From the NCBI GenBank assembly GCA_042216165.1, contig JBDGUD010000041.1:149-64148 (forward strand): a stretch of DNA of 64,000 nucleotides, read 5' to 3'. Made by a program: the position numbers and the translations under genes. This document shows, in pieces, positions 53,120 to 63,645 of this stretch (the first letter of the stretch is position 1; each line of letters opens with the position of its first letter). Source of the DNA: Halanaeroarchaeum sp. (lineage in GTDB: Archaea; Halobacteriota; Halobacteria; Halobacteriales; Halobacteriaceae). The notes under the pieces are model-generated. The model had not been told where the DNA came from and made no database searches. It was given only the letters and a program-made list of their open reading frames with translations.

Positions 53120-53926
53120 ATGGGCGAGCGAGACGCCGTCGAGCGGGTCGACCGGCCCGTCACGGTCGCTTCCATCGTCGAGGACCTCAGAGACGTCGGC
53201 GTCCGGCCCGGGTCCACCCTGATCGTTCACTCGTCGCTGAGCGCCATCGGCTGGGTCGCCGGCGGCGCGCAGGCCGTCGTCGAGGCCCTCCAGCGGGCGG
53301 TGACAGCGGGGGGAACGGTCGTCGTGCCGACGCACTCGAGTCAGTATACCAATCCCGAGCACTGGGAGAACCCGCCCGTTCCCGACGAGTGGATCCAACG
53401 GATTCGCGAGTCGATGCCCGCCTATCGGCCGGAGGCGACGCCCACTCGCGGTGTCGGTGCCGTCCCCGAGACGTTTCGATCGTTCCCGGACGTGGTACGG
53501 AGCCGCCACCCCGAGTCCTCGTTCGCGGCGTGGGGCGCGGAGGCTGACGCGGTGATCGCGGATCACGTCCTCGATTACGGCCTGGGCGAGGGATCGCCAC
53601 TCGCGAAGATATACGAACGCGACGGCGAGGTCCTGCTCCTCGGCGTCGGCCACGGGGTCAACACCTCGATTCACCTCGCAGAGTACCGGGCCGACGTCGA
53701 CGCGGGTTCGTACACCAACGTGGTCCCGGTCCGGAGGGACGGCGAGCGAACGCTCGTCGAAATCGAAGACATCGAGACGTCGACGGAGGACTTCCCGGCA
53801 CTCGGGACGGCCTTCGAGCGGACGGTCGGGGCGCGGTACGGCACCGTCGGTGTCGCCGATGCGACGCTGCTGGACCAGGGCTCTCTGGTCGACTTCGCGG
53901 TCGAGTGGCTCGAGGAGAACCGGTGA
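53120..53926 (+). CDS. AAC(3)/YokD family N-acetyltransferase
   Basis: IVHSSLSAIGWVAGG, RSRHP.SSFAAWG, NTSIHLAE. Confidence 0.9.
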   Translation: MGERDAVERVDRPVTVASIVEDLRDVGVRPGSTLIVHSSLSAIGWVAGGAQAVVEALQRAVTAGGTVVVPTHSSQYTNPEHWENPPVPDEWIQRIRESMPAYRPEATPTRGVGAVPETFRSFPDVVRSRHPESSFAAWGAEADAVIADHVLDYGLGEGSPLAKIYERDGEVLLLGVGHGVNTSIHLAEYRADVDAGSYTNVVPVRRDGERTLVEIEDIETSTEDFPALGTAFERTVGARYGTVGVADATLLDQGSLVDFAVEWLEENR

Positions 53927-53968
53927 TCGGCCGGAAAATGCAACTTTCCGGCGACCCTACCGTGAGAC

Positions 53969-54367
53969 ATGTCCACCGAGGATCTCCCGGAGACCGAGGC
54001 GGAGTGGCGCGAGCGGCTCAGCGAGGAGGAGTTTCGGATCCTCCGACGGGATGGAACAGAATCGCCGTTCAGCGGCGAGTACATCGGGAAGGACGACGAG
54101 GGGACCTACGTCTGCGCTGGCTGTGGCGAACCGCTGTTCGACTCCGAGACCAAGTACGACGACGATGGGGCGAAGTGGCCGTCGTTCTTCGACGCGATCG
54201 AGGGCGCCGTTCGGTTCGAACGGGACACCAGCCACGGGACGGTTCGTACGGAGGTGGTGTGTGCGAACTGCGGGGGCCACCTCGGCCACGTGTTCGACGA
54301 CGGTCCGGAGCCGACGGGCAAGCGCTTCTGCATCAACTCAGCGGCGATGGACTTCGAGGACGCCTGA
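53969..54367 (+). CDS. msrB: peptide methionine-R-sulfoxide reductase
   Basis: GTE.PFSGEY, two CxxC, HLGHVFDDGP, RFCINS. Confidence 0.95.
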   Translation: MSTEDLPETEAEWRERLSEEEFRILRRDGTESPFSGEYIGKDDEGTYVCAGCGEPLFDSETKYDDDGAKWPSFFDAIEGAVRFERDTSHGTVRTEVVCANCGGHLGHVFDDGPEPTGKRFCINSAAMDFEDA

Positions 54368-56203
54368 TCACTCGGAGAGCGAGCGTTCGGTGACCGGGAC
54401 GCCCTTGCTCGAGAGGTGATGCATCTGCTGGAGGGCGAAGTCCGCCTCCCGGGACCCCTCGGTGGCGAGGACGACGACCGAGGCGCTTCCGGAGGGGCGC
54501 ATCGTCCGGCCGGCGCGCTGGGTGCCCTGTCGCCGCGATCCACCGAGCCCCGACGCGATGACCGCCAGTTCCGCGTCAGGGAGGTCGATTCCCTCGTCGC
54601 CGACCCGCGATACGACCAGCGTCTGCTGGTCGCCGCGCCTGAAGGCCTGAAACAGACGAGCGCGCTCCGCGTGGGGCGTCTCCCCGCTGACGAACGGGAC
54701 GTCCAATGCGTCGGAGAGCGCGTCGCCCTGGTCGAGGTACTCGACGAAGACGAGGGCCTGGGCGTCGGGGTGCTCGTCGAGAGCGTCGCGGACGGCGTCG
54801 ATCTTGGCTGGATTCGTGGCGGCGACCCGTCGTTGCCGGTTGCGCGACGCCGACGCGTACTCCTCCCGTGCCTGCTCGTCGCGCCAGGGCACGTACCGAA
54901 TCTCCACGGTCGGTTGCTCGACGTACCCCGCCTCGAAGAGTGCGTCCCAGTCGGTGCCGATCGGTGGCCCCACCAGCGTGTAGATGTCACGTTCGCGGTC
55001 GTCCTCGCGAATTGGCGAGCCTGTCAACCCGAGCCGGTGCCGGCCCTGTAGGTCCGCCGTCAGGCGGTGGACCGGCGAGGGGACTCGATGGGCCTCGTCG
55101 TAGACGATGAGTCCCCATCGCCGGCTGTCGAAGAGGCCGCGATGGCGGTCCATGCTGGCGATCTGGTAGGTCGCGACCGTGACGGGTCGTATCGACTTCT
55201 CGCCACCGTGAAACTCTCCGACGTCCCCGGGATCGAGGTCGGTGTGTCGGAGGAGCTCCTCGCGCCACTGTCCAGCGAGTTCCCGCGTCGGAACCAGGAT
55301 CAGCGTCTCCGACTCGAGTGCGGCGAGGATCGCGATCGCCGCGATCGTCTTCCCGCTCCCGGCCGGTCCGACGAGGACGCCCGATCCTGCCTCGAGAAAT
55401 CGATCGAGCCAGTCCTCCTGGTAGGAACGCAACTGTACGTGCACGTCGACGTCGAGTCGGTCGCCCGCATCGAGGTCCCGTTCGTCCTTCACCGGGTATC
55501 CGGCGTCGTAGAGGACGCGCTTTATCTCCGCCTCTGCGCCCTCGACGACCCAACTCGTGCTGTCGTCGATTGGGCCGTGGAGGTGGTCGTCGCCGAGTTG
55601 TTCGCGGGCGACGTTCCCCATCAGGGAGTCGCTCTCCGCCTCCAGGACGGTGTAGCCGTCCTCGTGGGTCCGGAGCACGAACTGTCGTGCCCGCTTCCAC
55701 TGCGATTCGACCCACTCCTCGAGTGTCGGTTCTGGCTCGCCGAGAACGTCGCGGATCGTCGATCGAAGCGCCTCGAAGGAGTCGTGCGGTGCAGCCCAGA
55801 CGTCCTCGCGCCGGATCTCGTATCGGTAGCCGGCTCGACCGTTCGTATCGGCCAGGCGCGCGAACTGGGACAGTTGCGCCCGGGTGTACTGGTCCGGCTG
55901 ATCGACGACGATCTCGTGGCGATCGGGGAAGGGTACGACCCGCTCTCGCGTCGTCGCGTCTGCCCACCGGTCCGCGAAAAACACGACCGGGTCGCCCTCC
56001 ACGTCCAGACGGGAAACCCGTCCCGCTGCCGCGAGGTCGTCGAGGAGGTCCGCGGCTTCCGCCTGCGAGTATCCCAGGGCCGTGGCGACGTCGCTGGCCG
56101 TCACGACCGGGCGTTCGACAGCCTCGATGGCGTCGCGAAAGTCCCCGAGTGCCTCCTCGGGGTCGGTCGGCGGAGATCCAGACGCGGAATCGGACCGTGT
56201 CAC
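54368..56203 (-). CDS. XPB/Rad25-like SF2 helicase
   Basis: GPAGSGKT, YDEAH, GDEGIDLP, QRAGR; GTG start inferred. Confidence 0.9.
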   Translation of the reverse strand: MTRSDSASGSPPTDPEEALGDFRDAIEAVERPVVTASDVATALGYSQAEAADLLDDLAAAGRVSRLDVEGDPVVFFADRWADATTRERVVPFPDRHEIVVDQPDQYTRAQLSQFARLADTNGRAGYRYEIRREDVWAAPHDSFEALRSTIRDVLGEPEPTLEEWVESQWKRARQFVLRTHEDGYTVLEAESDSLMGNVAREQLGDDHLHGPIDDSTSWVVEGAEAEIKRVLYDAGYPVKDERDLDAGDRLDVDVHVQLRSYQEDWLDRFLEAGSGVLVGPAGSGKTIAAIAILAALESETLILVPTRELAGQWREELLRHTDLDPGDVGEFHGGEKSIRPVTVATYQIASMDRHRGLFDSRRWGLIVYDEAHRVPSPVHRLTADLQGRHRLGLTGSPIREDDRERDIYTLVGPPIGTDWDALFEAGYVEQPTVEIRYVPWRDEQAREEYASASRNRQRRVAATNPAKIDAVRDALDEHPDAQALVFVEYLDQGDALSDALDVPFVSGETPHAERARLFQAFRRGDQQTLVVSRVGDEGIDLPDAELAVIASGLGGSRRQGTQRAGRTMRPSGSASVVVLATEGSREADFALQQMHHLSSKGVPVTERSLSE

Positions 56204-56249
56204 GTTCGGGTGTAGCCGGTGGGCAAGTAAGCACGTTACGCCACATCGG

Positions 56250-56444
56250 TCAGAGTTCCAGGACGTCGTAGCGTCGCTCACGACAGCGCTGGCACTCGCG
56301 CAACCCGCGCTCTCTGGCGAGCGATCGCTGCATCTCGGTGTACGCTCCCGGGAGCACCGGACAGTCCGTCGTCGTGTGGTAGACCGTCCGTTCGGTGCCC
56401 TCGGACTGGGTGACGAACACCGAGTCCTGGGTCCCCGAGGCCAT
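56250..56444 (-). CDS. small zinc-binding protein
   Basis: YHTTTDC...LRECQRC (H-x4-C...CxxC); GGAGGG SD-like sequence absent, GAAGGG precedes the ATG. Confidence 0.7.
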   Translation of the reverse strand: MASGTQDSVFVTQSEGTERTVYHTTTDCPVLPGAYTEMQRSLARERGLRECQRCRERRYDVLEL

Positions 56445-56529
56445 CCCTTCTAGGTGGACACAGACCTGACCGCGAATTAAAGGTACCTCACCGGACACCG
56501 CCCACCGTCGGCACGACGGGCATTCCCGG

Positions 56530-57954
56530 TCACGAGAAGACGAACGCGAGAACGAGCGTGAGGACGAGGAGCAGCGCGGAGACGAGGAGGACCTTCTGGT
56601 CGCGCGTCAATGTTTGGTGCGAGGCGTCCGCCGGGGGATCCAGCGGGTCGTACTCGACGTCGCGACCGGCCGCCACGTCGAGGACGTAGCGGCCGACCCG
56701 GCCGGCCACCGTCACGAACGTCGAGATGAGATAGGAGACCATGTGGCCGAACTCCCACAGCGCGGTCCGCGAGTCGCCCTCCTCGAAGGGGGGATCGGCG
56801 TGTTTCTTCGGGACGTCGGTGACCGTCCCCGACTCCCCGCGCTGGCCACTCCCCCCGGAGTCGGGGGGTTCGAAACTCTTCAACTGGAGGTCCTGCTCCT
56901 GGGGCTGGTGTCGCGACTGGGTCTGCGGACGGCGTCGGTCCCCCCCGTCTCCGTCCTCCCTCTCCGCTTCGACCGGTTCCACGTCCGTGGGTTCTGTCGT
57001 CTCGCCCGACCCCGATCCCCCCTCCGTCTCGGGCTCCTCGGACGTCTCTGCTGCCGTCGCTTCGTCAGTTTCTCCCCCCTCGGTGCGTTCGCCCTGGACC
57101 TCCTCCTGGACGTTCGGGTGGGGTGAGGCACCGTCGTTCGTCAGGTCGCGACGGTCCTCGGGCGCCAGCGACGGCGTGTCTGCGGCGTCGTAAGTGCGCT
57201 TTCGGCGGAACTGGACGCGACGGACCATCTCGTCCCAGTCCGTCATCATGATGGCCTCCCCGGTTGCCAGTTCCTGGACCTCCTTCGCCTTCTCCGAACC
57301 GAGGATCGACTTCACCACCTGGGTGTCGTTCTTCCACGTCAGGCGGTGCCAGACGAGCCAGTCACACTGCGTGATGAAGTCCTTGTCGACCGCCGCGGGT
57401 CGCTGGGACATGCCCGTGAGCCCGAGGCCGCGCTTTCGTCCGCGTTTCGCGACCCTGATGAGCGTCTCACCGAGGTCGTCGAGGCCGCCCTGCTGGGGGA
57501 GGAACTCGTGGATTTCCTCGACGATGAGCAAGAACGGTTTGCGGGCCTCCTTCTCCCGGCTGAACAGGACCGTCACGACCTCGTCCACGAACTTCTCCGC
57601 CGGCGACATGTCCATGACCTCCGACAGGTCGATGATCACCGGCCGATTCCGGTCCAGGCACATGTCGACGACCTGTTCGGCCTCCGTCTCCCGGAGTGGC
57701 ATGTCCGCCTTGTCGGTCGCACCGATGTGCACGACCTCGTATCGTTCCTTGAGGGTGTAGTACTCGCCCTCGATGTCGACGATGAGGAGGGGGAAGCCCC
57801 GCTCCAGCAGTTCCTCGACGATGACGCTCGCCGAGTTGCTCTTGCCGGAGCCGCTCTTCCCGAAGATCACGCCCCGGCCGGTCAGCACTTCGATCGCCGG
57901 GAGCGTGATCCCCTCGTCGTTGATGACGAGTTGCTCCGCGTCCTCCATCGACAT
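56530..57954 (-). CDS. HerA/FtsK-like (DUF87) ATPase with acidic linker and C-terminal TM
   Basis: GKSGSGKS, LIVEEIHEF, RGRKRG, SQRP; hydrophobic last ~20 aa. Confidence 0.85.
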   Translation of the reverse strand: MSMEDAEQLVINDEGITLPAIEVLTGRGVIFGKSGSGKSNSASVIVEELLERGFPLLIVDIEGEYYTLKERYEVVHIGATDKADMPLRETEAEQVVDMCLDRNRPVIIDLSEVMDMSPAEKFVDEVVTVLFSREKEARKPFLLIVEEIHEFLPQQGGLDDLGETLIRVAKRGRKRGLGLTGMSQRPAAVDKDFITQCDWLVWHRLTWKNDTQVVKSILGSEKAKEVQELATGEAIMMTDWDEMVRRVQFRRKRTYDAADTPSLAPEDRRDLTNDGASPHPNVQEEVQGERTEGGETDEATAAETSEEPETEGGSGSGETTEPTDVEPVEAEREDGDGGDRRRPQTQSRHQPQEQDLQLKSFEPPDSGGSGQRGESGTVTDVPKKHADPPFEEGDSRTALWEFGHMVSYLISTFVTVAGRVGRYVLDVAAGRDVEYDPLDPPADASHQTLTRDQKVLLVSALLLVLTLVLAFVFS

Positions 57955-58049
57955 CGTCTACCGGACCTTTTCTCGCGGCGGGCTAAATACTTGGTGCGCC
58001 GGCGGCGGAGGGCAGTATACTTTAGGGATCGGATTGCTATCAACAGGAC

Positions 58050-58484
58050 ATGAGCGAGACCGGGGACTCGATGAGCGCGGGCACGGTGGCCCGCGTGGTC
58101 GTCCCGATACTGGCGTCGACGGTGCTGTTGACCTCATCGTTTCTCGGCGTGCTGGCGGTGATCACGGCGAAGACGGCCGGCTTCAGCAACCGATTTCCCT
58201 TTTACGTCCTGTTGATGGCCCTTGGGTTCGTCGCCGCGCTGTTCCTCCTCGAACGTCCGGACTTCCAGGGGACGCAGATACTCGTCGCGACGCTGGGACT
58301 GACGGTGACCATCTTCCTGGTCGTGACCCTCGCGGGGGAGGGGCTCACGTACGCGTACCGGTACCCGGAGGAGGTCTTCGTCTCCAACTTGATCCTGTAC
58401 CTCGTCGCCGCGGGGCTCATCGGGAGCGGCCTCGCATTCTGGTCGGTCAGACACTGGCGGGAGTACGCCGGCTACGTCCGCTGA
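58050..58484 (+). CDS. 4-TM membrane protein
   Basis: Four hydrophobic segments; divergent from the ATPase. Confidence 0.75.
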   Translation: MSETGDSMSAGTVARVVVPILASTVLLTSSFLGVLAVITAKTAGFSNRFPFYVLLMALGFVAALFLLERPDFQGTQILVATLGLTVTIFLVVTLAGEGLTYAYRYPEEVFVSNLILYLVAAGLIGSGLAFWSVRHWREYAGYVR

Positions 58485-60212
58485 TCAGTCGCCCGGCTGG
58501 AGCTGGATTTCCGCCGCATCGGACCGCGGCGGGGCCTCGAGGACGCCGCCGGTCGCTGCGCTGGTCGCCATCGCGGCGTACCGTTCCAGGACTCCGCTGG
58601 CATCGACGTCCGGGGGCTCCCAGTCCGCGGCCCGCTCGCGAAGCGTCGACTCGGAGACCGCGAGGTCGATGCGACCCGCGTCGACGTCGATTTCGATCGG
58701 GTCCCCCTCCTCGACGAGTGCGATCGGCCCACCCGCTGCGGCCTCCGGACTCGCGTGACCGATCGCCGCCCCCCGCGTCGCGCCGGAGAATCGACCGTCG
58801 GTGACGAGGGCCACCTCTCCCGAGAGCCGGGGCGAGCCGCTGACTTTCGAGGTCGGCTCCAGCATCTCGGGCATGCCGGGCCCACCCCGCGGTCCCTCGT
58901 ACCGGATGACCACGACGTCGCCGGGGTCCACGTCGCCCCGGTCCAGGGCGTCGAGGGTCGCCTGCTGCGATTCGAAGACGCGAGCGCGCCCCTCGAACTG
59001 ACGGAGCTCGTCGTCCATCGCGGCCGCCTTCACGACGGCGCCCTCGGGAGCGAGCGTTCCACGGAGGACGGCGAGACCGCCGTCTTCGTGCACCGGATCG
59101 TCCCGGGACCTGACGACCTGTCCCCGTCTGTCGGCACTTTCGACCCGTTCGCCGATCGTCTTTCGATCCACGGTGGGGCGATCGAGGTGGAGGTCGTCGG
59201 CCAGCTGTGCCATGACGGCGGGCACACCGCCGTCGTCGCGGAGGTGTTCCATCCGCCAGGGGCCCGACGGACTCATGTGCGCCAGGTGCGGCGTCGATGC
59301 GGCGATGTCCTCGAAGTCCTCGAGCGTGACGTCCACGCCGGCCTCCCGGGCGATCGCCGGCAAATGCAACATCGTGTTCGTGCTCCCGCCGAGTGCGAGG
59401 TCAACCGCGAGGGCGTTCTCGAAGGACTCCCGGGTCAGGAAGTCTGACGGACGGACGTCCTCCTCGACGAGACGGAGGATCTCCCGGCCGCTCCGTCGGG
59501 CGATCTCGCGTTTCCGCTCGCCGGTCGCGCCGGTCGTCGCACAGCCCGTCCACGAGAGTCCGAGCGTCTCCGTGACGCAGGCCATGGTGTTCGCGGTGAA
59601 CATGCCGGCACACGACCCCTCCCCGGGGCAGGCGTTGCACTCGAGAGCGTAGAGTTCGTCCTCGGTCATCTCGCCCTCGTTGTACTTGCTCACCCCCTCG
59701 AAGACCGTCGCGAGGTCGGCCGGTTCGTCGTCGAACTCGCCCGCTGCCATGTGTCCCCCGGTGACGACGATGGCAGGGACGTCCAGACGAGCGATGGCCA
59801 TCAACATACCCGGTACGATCTTATCACAGGAGGCAAGGGCGACGATCCCGTCGAACTTGTGGGCATTTGTCATCAACTCGACCGAGTCGGCGATGGTCTC
59901 CCGGGACGGGAGACTCGAACGCATGCCGTCGTGTCCCATCGCGATGCCGTCGTCCACGGCGATGGTGTTGAACTCGAGCGGGGTCCCACCCGCCGCCCGA
60001 ATGCCGTCTTTTACCTCCTCGGCCAGTTCGTCGAGGTGGACGTGGCCCGGAACGATCTCGTTCCAGGAGTTGGCCACCCCGATGAGCGGATTGTGTATCT
60101 CCTCGTCGTCGAGGCCCGCCGCCCTGAACAGCGACCGATGGGGCGCGCGGTCGGCGCCCTCCGTGACCGTCGCGCTCCGCATGTCGCGGTCTTTGTCCGG
60201 TGTCTCCGACAT
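58485..60212 (-). CDS. ilvD: dihydroxy-acid dehydratase
   Basis: DDGIAMGH, CDKIVPG, CAGMFTANTM, GPGMPEM, TDGRFSG. Confidence 0.96.
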   Translation of the reverse strand: MSETPDKDRDMRSATVTEGADRAPHRSLFRAAGLDDEEIHNPLIGVANSWNEIVPGHVHLDELAEEVKDGIRAAGGTPLEFNTIAVDDGIAMGHDGMRSSLPSRETIADSVELMTNAHKFDGIVALASCDKIVPGMLMAIARLDVPAIVVTGGHMAAGEFDDEPADLATVFEGVSKYNEGEMTEDELYALECNACPGEGSCAGMFTANTMACVTETLGLSWTGCATTGATGERKREIARRSGREILRLVEEDVRPSDFLTRESFENALAVDLALGGSTNTMLHLPAIAREAGVDVTLEDFEDIAASTPHLAHMSPSGPWRMEHLRDDGGVPAVMAQLADDLHLDRPTVDRKTIGERVESADRRGQVVRSRDDPVHEDGGLAVLRGTLAPEGAVVKAAAMDDELRQFEGRARVFESQQATLDALDRGDVDPGDVVVIRYEGPRGGPGMPEMLEPTSKVSGSPRLSGEVALVTDGRFSGATRGAAIGHASPEAAAGGPIALVEEGDPIEIDVDAGRIDLAVSESTLRERAADWEPPDVDASGVLERYAAMATSAATGGVLEAPPRSDAAEIQLQPGD

Positions 60213-60421
60213 GTTACCCTCGGTGGCCTGCCCTTGACCGCCCCTGGTATTTACGTCCCCGGTCGGTGCTGGATTTGCGCATACGGTCGGAGGACGGTCG
60301 GGCCCCATGTGGGTGTCGGTCCAACAGACCGGTAACGGTGGGAATCGCGTAAAAGCATAACACCTCCGGGGGAGAACTACCAACGAACGCAAATGTTCTA
60401 CCAGACGTCCGCGCGCCGGAG

Positions 60422-61963
60422 GTGGCGTCCGTGAACCGACGCCTCCTCGCGCTCCTGCTGCTGGCGACGGTCGTCCTCTCGACCGTGCCCGCACCGGTCG
60501 CCGCCGCCGAGGATCCCCGATTCGAGACCACCGTCCCCTCCCCGCGCCTGACCCCTGGCGCGGAACAACCCGTCACGATCCACCTCGTCAACGACGCCGA
60601 CGAGGCCGACGACCGGGTCGCCACGGCGACCAACGTCCAGGTCGAGGCAGTCAGCGGCGACACGCCGTTCGAGGTCGTCTCGGGGCCGCAGCGGCTGGGA
60701 TCGATGCCAGACGGCGTCCCGACGCCGGTAACGATCACGCTCACGGTCCCGCGCGATGCCGAGGCCGGCACGTATCGGCTCCCCCTCCGGGTCACCTACG
60801 AGTACGACCACGACGAGCGTGAGACGACGACCGTCGTCGCGCAGGTGCGCGTTCCCGAGCACCCCGTCTTCGAGGTGACCGACGTCGCGTCGTCGGTCTC
60901 GATCGCCGAACGGGGCTTCGTCACCGTCACGATGACGAACAACGGATCGGCGACGGCGTACGACACGACGCTCGCCATCCAGACGCAGAACCCCGCACTC
61001 GCGGTCGAACGGGCGCAGTCCGCGACGCAGTACGCCGGTACGTGGGCCCCGAACGAGAGCAGGACGTTCACGTTCGAGGTGGCCGCCTCCGAGGCGGCGG
61101 CGGTTCGCGAGTACGCGCTGTCGATCGTGCCATCCTACGAGACCGACGACGGGGTGTCCCGTTCGGTTGCACCGCTCTCGATCGGCGTGACGCCGGTCGC
61201 CAGACAGTCCTTCGCGCTGGAAGACGTCTCGGTCGAGCGCTACACCGAGACGGCGGTCACGCTGCGTGCGACCCTCCACAACACCGGTAACCGGAGCGTG
61301 GAAAACGCCCTCGTCCGCCTGACGTCGTCGAGTCCCGGCGTCACGGTCGTCGAACCGACGGCGGCAGCCGGAACGCTCGACGCCGGTGGATCGGTCCCGG
61401 TCGAGTTCGACGTTCGGGTCTCGCCGAACGCCGCCCCGGGTCCGCGACAGTTCGCGGCGACGGTCCAGTACGAACGGGTCTCGGGGCGAACCTACCGGTC
61501 CGAGACGATACTGATCACCCACTCGATCGCGACGGACGCCGAGGTCCTCTCGTTCGTGGCCGTGAACAACACGCTCGCGGTGGACGAGAGCAACCCCATC
61601 GTCGTTCGCGTGACCAACCACGGCGAGCAGACGCTGACCGATCTCCGCGCACGAATCGTCGTGCAGCCCCCGTACGAGAGCGATTCGCCCACGTCCTTCG
61701 TCCCGAAACTCGCGCCGGGGGAGTCGGCGACGTTCCGGTTCGAGGTCACGACGCCGTCCGACGCGGTCGAGACGCGAGACGCCATTCCGATCGTCGTGAA
61801 CGCGAGCGCCCCGGGCAATCGAGCGGTCACCGCAGGACCGACGCTCGTGCCAGTCGTGGTGTCGAGCGCCGAGGGACCGACCGGCAGCACGACCAACCTG
61901 ATCGCTGGCGTGGTCGCCGTTGCGCTGGTGCTCGCGGCGGGCTGGTGGTGGCTCAACCGCTGA
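60422..61963 (+). CDS. COG1361 S-layer-domain family surface protein
   Basis: Signal peptide, repeated Ig-like units, C-terminal TM. Confidence 0.8.
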   Translation: MASVNRRLLALLLLATVVLSTVPAPVAAAEDPRFETTVPSPRLTPGAEQPVTIHLVNDADEADDRVATATNVQVEAVSGDTPFEVVSGPQRLGSMPDGVPTPVTITLTVPRDAEAGTYRLPLRVTYEYDHDERETTTVVAQVRVPEHPVFEVTDVASSVSIAERGFVTVTMTNNGSATAYDTTLAIQTQNPALAVERAQSATQYAGTWAPNESRTFTFEVAASEAAAVREYALSIVPSYETDDGVSRSVAPLSIGVTPVARQSFALEDVSVERYTETAVTLRATLHNTGNRSVENALVRLTSSSPGVTVVEPTAAAGTLDAGGSVPVEFDVRVSPNAAPGPRQFAATVQYERVSGRTYRSETILITHSIATDAEVLSFVAVNNTLAVDESNPIVVRVTNHGEQTLTDLRARIVVQPPYESDSPTSFVPKLAPGESATFRFEVTTPSDAVETRDAIPIVVNASAPGNRAVTAGPTLVPVVVSSAEGPTGSTTNLIAGVVAVALVLAAGWWWLNR

Positions 61964-61968
61964 TAGCC

Positions 61969-62853
61969 ATGGATCCGATCGAGGTCGACGGCCTGACCAA
62001 GGTGTTCGGCGAGACGCGGGCCATCGAGGACCTGCAGTTCACCGTCGAGGCGGGGGAGATATTCGGCTACCTCGGACCGAACGGAGCGGGAAAGAGCACC
62101 ACCCTCCGGACGCTCATGGGGTTCATCGAACCGACGGAGGGGACGGCGTCGGTCCTCGGTCACGACATCCGGGACGAGCAGGAACTGATCAGGGCGAAAG
62201 AGCACGTCGGGTACCTCCCCGGCGACCTCAGCTTCGACGGGTCCGTGACGGGACGGGACCTCCTCGACTACCAGGCATCGCTGAAGGGCGACGCCCGGCT
62301 CGAGGAGATGAAAGACCTCTTCCACCCGCCCCTGGACAGGAAGATTCGCGAGTACTCGAGCGGAAACAGACAGATGCTCGGTATCATCCAGGCGTTCATG
62401 CACGACCCCGACCTGCTCATCATGGACGAACCGACGTCGGGTCTGGACCCCCTGATGCAGGAACGGCTGAACACGTTCCTCCGAAACGAACGGGACGACG
62501 GAAAGACGATCATCTTCTCCTCGCACATCCTCGGTGAGGTCCGGCGAGTCTGCGACCGCGTCGGCATCATCAGGGACGGCCGGATCGTCGCCCTCGAGGA
62601 CATCGACACGCTGCTCCGGAAGGGCGGCAAACGGGTGCGCGTACACACGGACGATCCGATCGAGCAATCGGACCTCCAGCTCGACGGGGTCATCGAGTTC
62701 GACCAGGTGGGCAAGGACACGCACTTCACCTTCGCCGGGAACTACAACAACCTGCTCACGGCGCTGGCTGAGTACGACCTCATCGACATGGAGATCGAGG
62801 AACCGGCGCTCGAGGACGTCTTCATGCACTTCTACGGGGAGGACGATGACTGA
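61969..62853 (+). CDS. ABC transporter ATP-binding protein
   Basis: GPNGAGKST, YSSG, MDEPTSGLDP, SSH. Confidence 0.95.
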   Translation: MDPIEVDGLTKVFGETRAIEDLQFTVEAGEIFGYLGPNGAGKSTTLRTLMGFIEPTEGTASVLGHDIRDEQELIRAKEHVGYLPGDLSFDGSVTGRDLLDYQASLKGDARLEEMKDLFHPPLDRKIREYSSGNRQMLGIIQAFMHDPDLLIMDEPTSGLDPLMQERLNTFLRNERDDGKTIIFSSHILGEVRRVCDRVGIIRDGRIVALEDIDTLLRKGGKRVRVHTDDPIEQSDLQLDGVIEFDQVGKDTHFTFAGNYNNLLTALAEYDLIDMEIEEPALEDVFMHFYGEDDD

Positions 62854-63634
62854 CATCCTCAAGTACGAAGGACGGCGGCACGTCACGGCCTCCCTGGCCC
62901 TGACCCTCCTCCTCGGGCTCTTCGTAATCCTCATCCTGAGCATCTACCCCTCCATCGTCGAGACCGGGCCCGCGATCAGGGAGTTCATCGACAACCTTCC
63001 CGAACAGATGACCTCGAGTTTCGCCATCGAGGCGTACACCACCGTGGAGGGGTTCCTCGCGACCGAGTTCTACCAGTTCATGTGGTTGCTGCTCGCCGCG
63101 CTCTACGTGATCTACGTCGCCGGCGGGACCATCGCGACAGACGTGGAGACGGGCCGGATCGACCTGCTGTTGGCCACGCCGGTCTCGCGCCGCCGCGTGG
63201 TCGTCGAGAAGTACCTCTCACTCGCCGTGCCGATCGTCGTGCTCAATCTCGTCCTCCCGCTGTTCGTCTACGCGGGGTTGCTCTCCATCGGCGAGTCCAT
63301 CGACATGGGCAGGGTCCTCCTGTTGCACCTCTTTTCGATCCCCTATCTGGCCCTCGTCGGTGCGATCGGATTGCTCCTCTCCGTGCTCGTCGAACGGTCG
63401 GACGTCGCCCAGCGCGGCGGTCTCGCGCTGATGTTCGTGCTCTTCGTCGCGAATTCGGTCACCACCGATACCGACTTCGAGTGGCTCGGCGTCGTCAGCC
63501 CGACCCGGTACTTCGATCCATCGTCGATCCTGATCGACGGGGAGGTGGACCTCGCCGGCGCGGCCATTCTACTCGCTGCGACGGTAGCGCTGGTAACCGT
63601 CTCTGCGGAGATTTTCAAGAACTCCGACGTCTGA
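62846..63634 (+). CDS. ABC-2 type permease
   Basis: DVETGRIDLLLATPVSRRRVV; about 6 TM. Confidence 0.9.
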   Translation: MTDILKYEGRRHVTASLALTLLLGLFVILILSIYPSIVETGPAIREFIDNLPEQMTSSFAIEAYTTVEGFLATEFYQFMWLLLAALYVIYVAGGTIATDVETGRIDLLLATPVSRRRVVVEKYLSLAVPIVVLNLVLPLFVYAGLLSIGESIDMGRVLLLHLFSIPYLALVGAIGLLLSVLVERSDVAQRGGLALMFVLFVANSVTTDTDFEWLGVVSPTRYFDPSSILIDGEVDLAGAAILLAATVALVTVSAEIFKNSDV

Positions 63635-63645
63635 ATCGACGTTCT

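Noticed and set aside
60214-60282. Possible attenuator peptide upstream of ilvD (MRKSSTDRGRKYQGRSRAGHRG)
   Set aside because: No Ile/Leu/Val codons and no convincing terminator hairpin.
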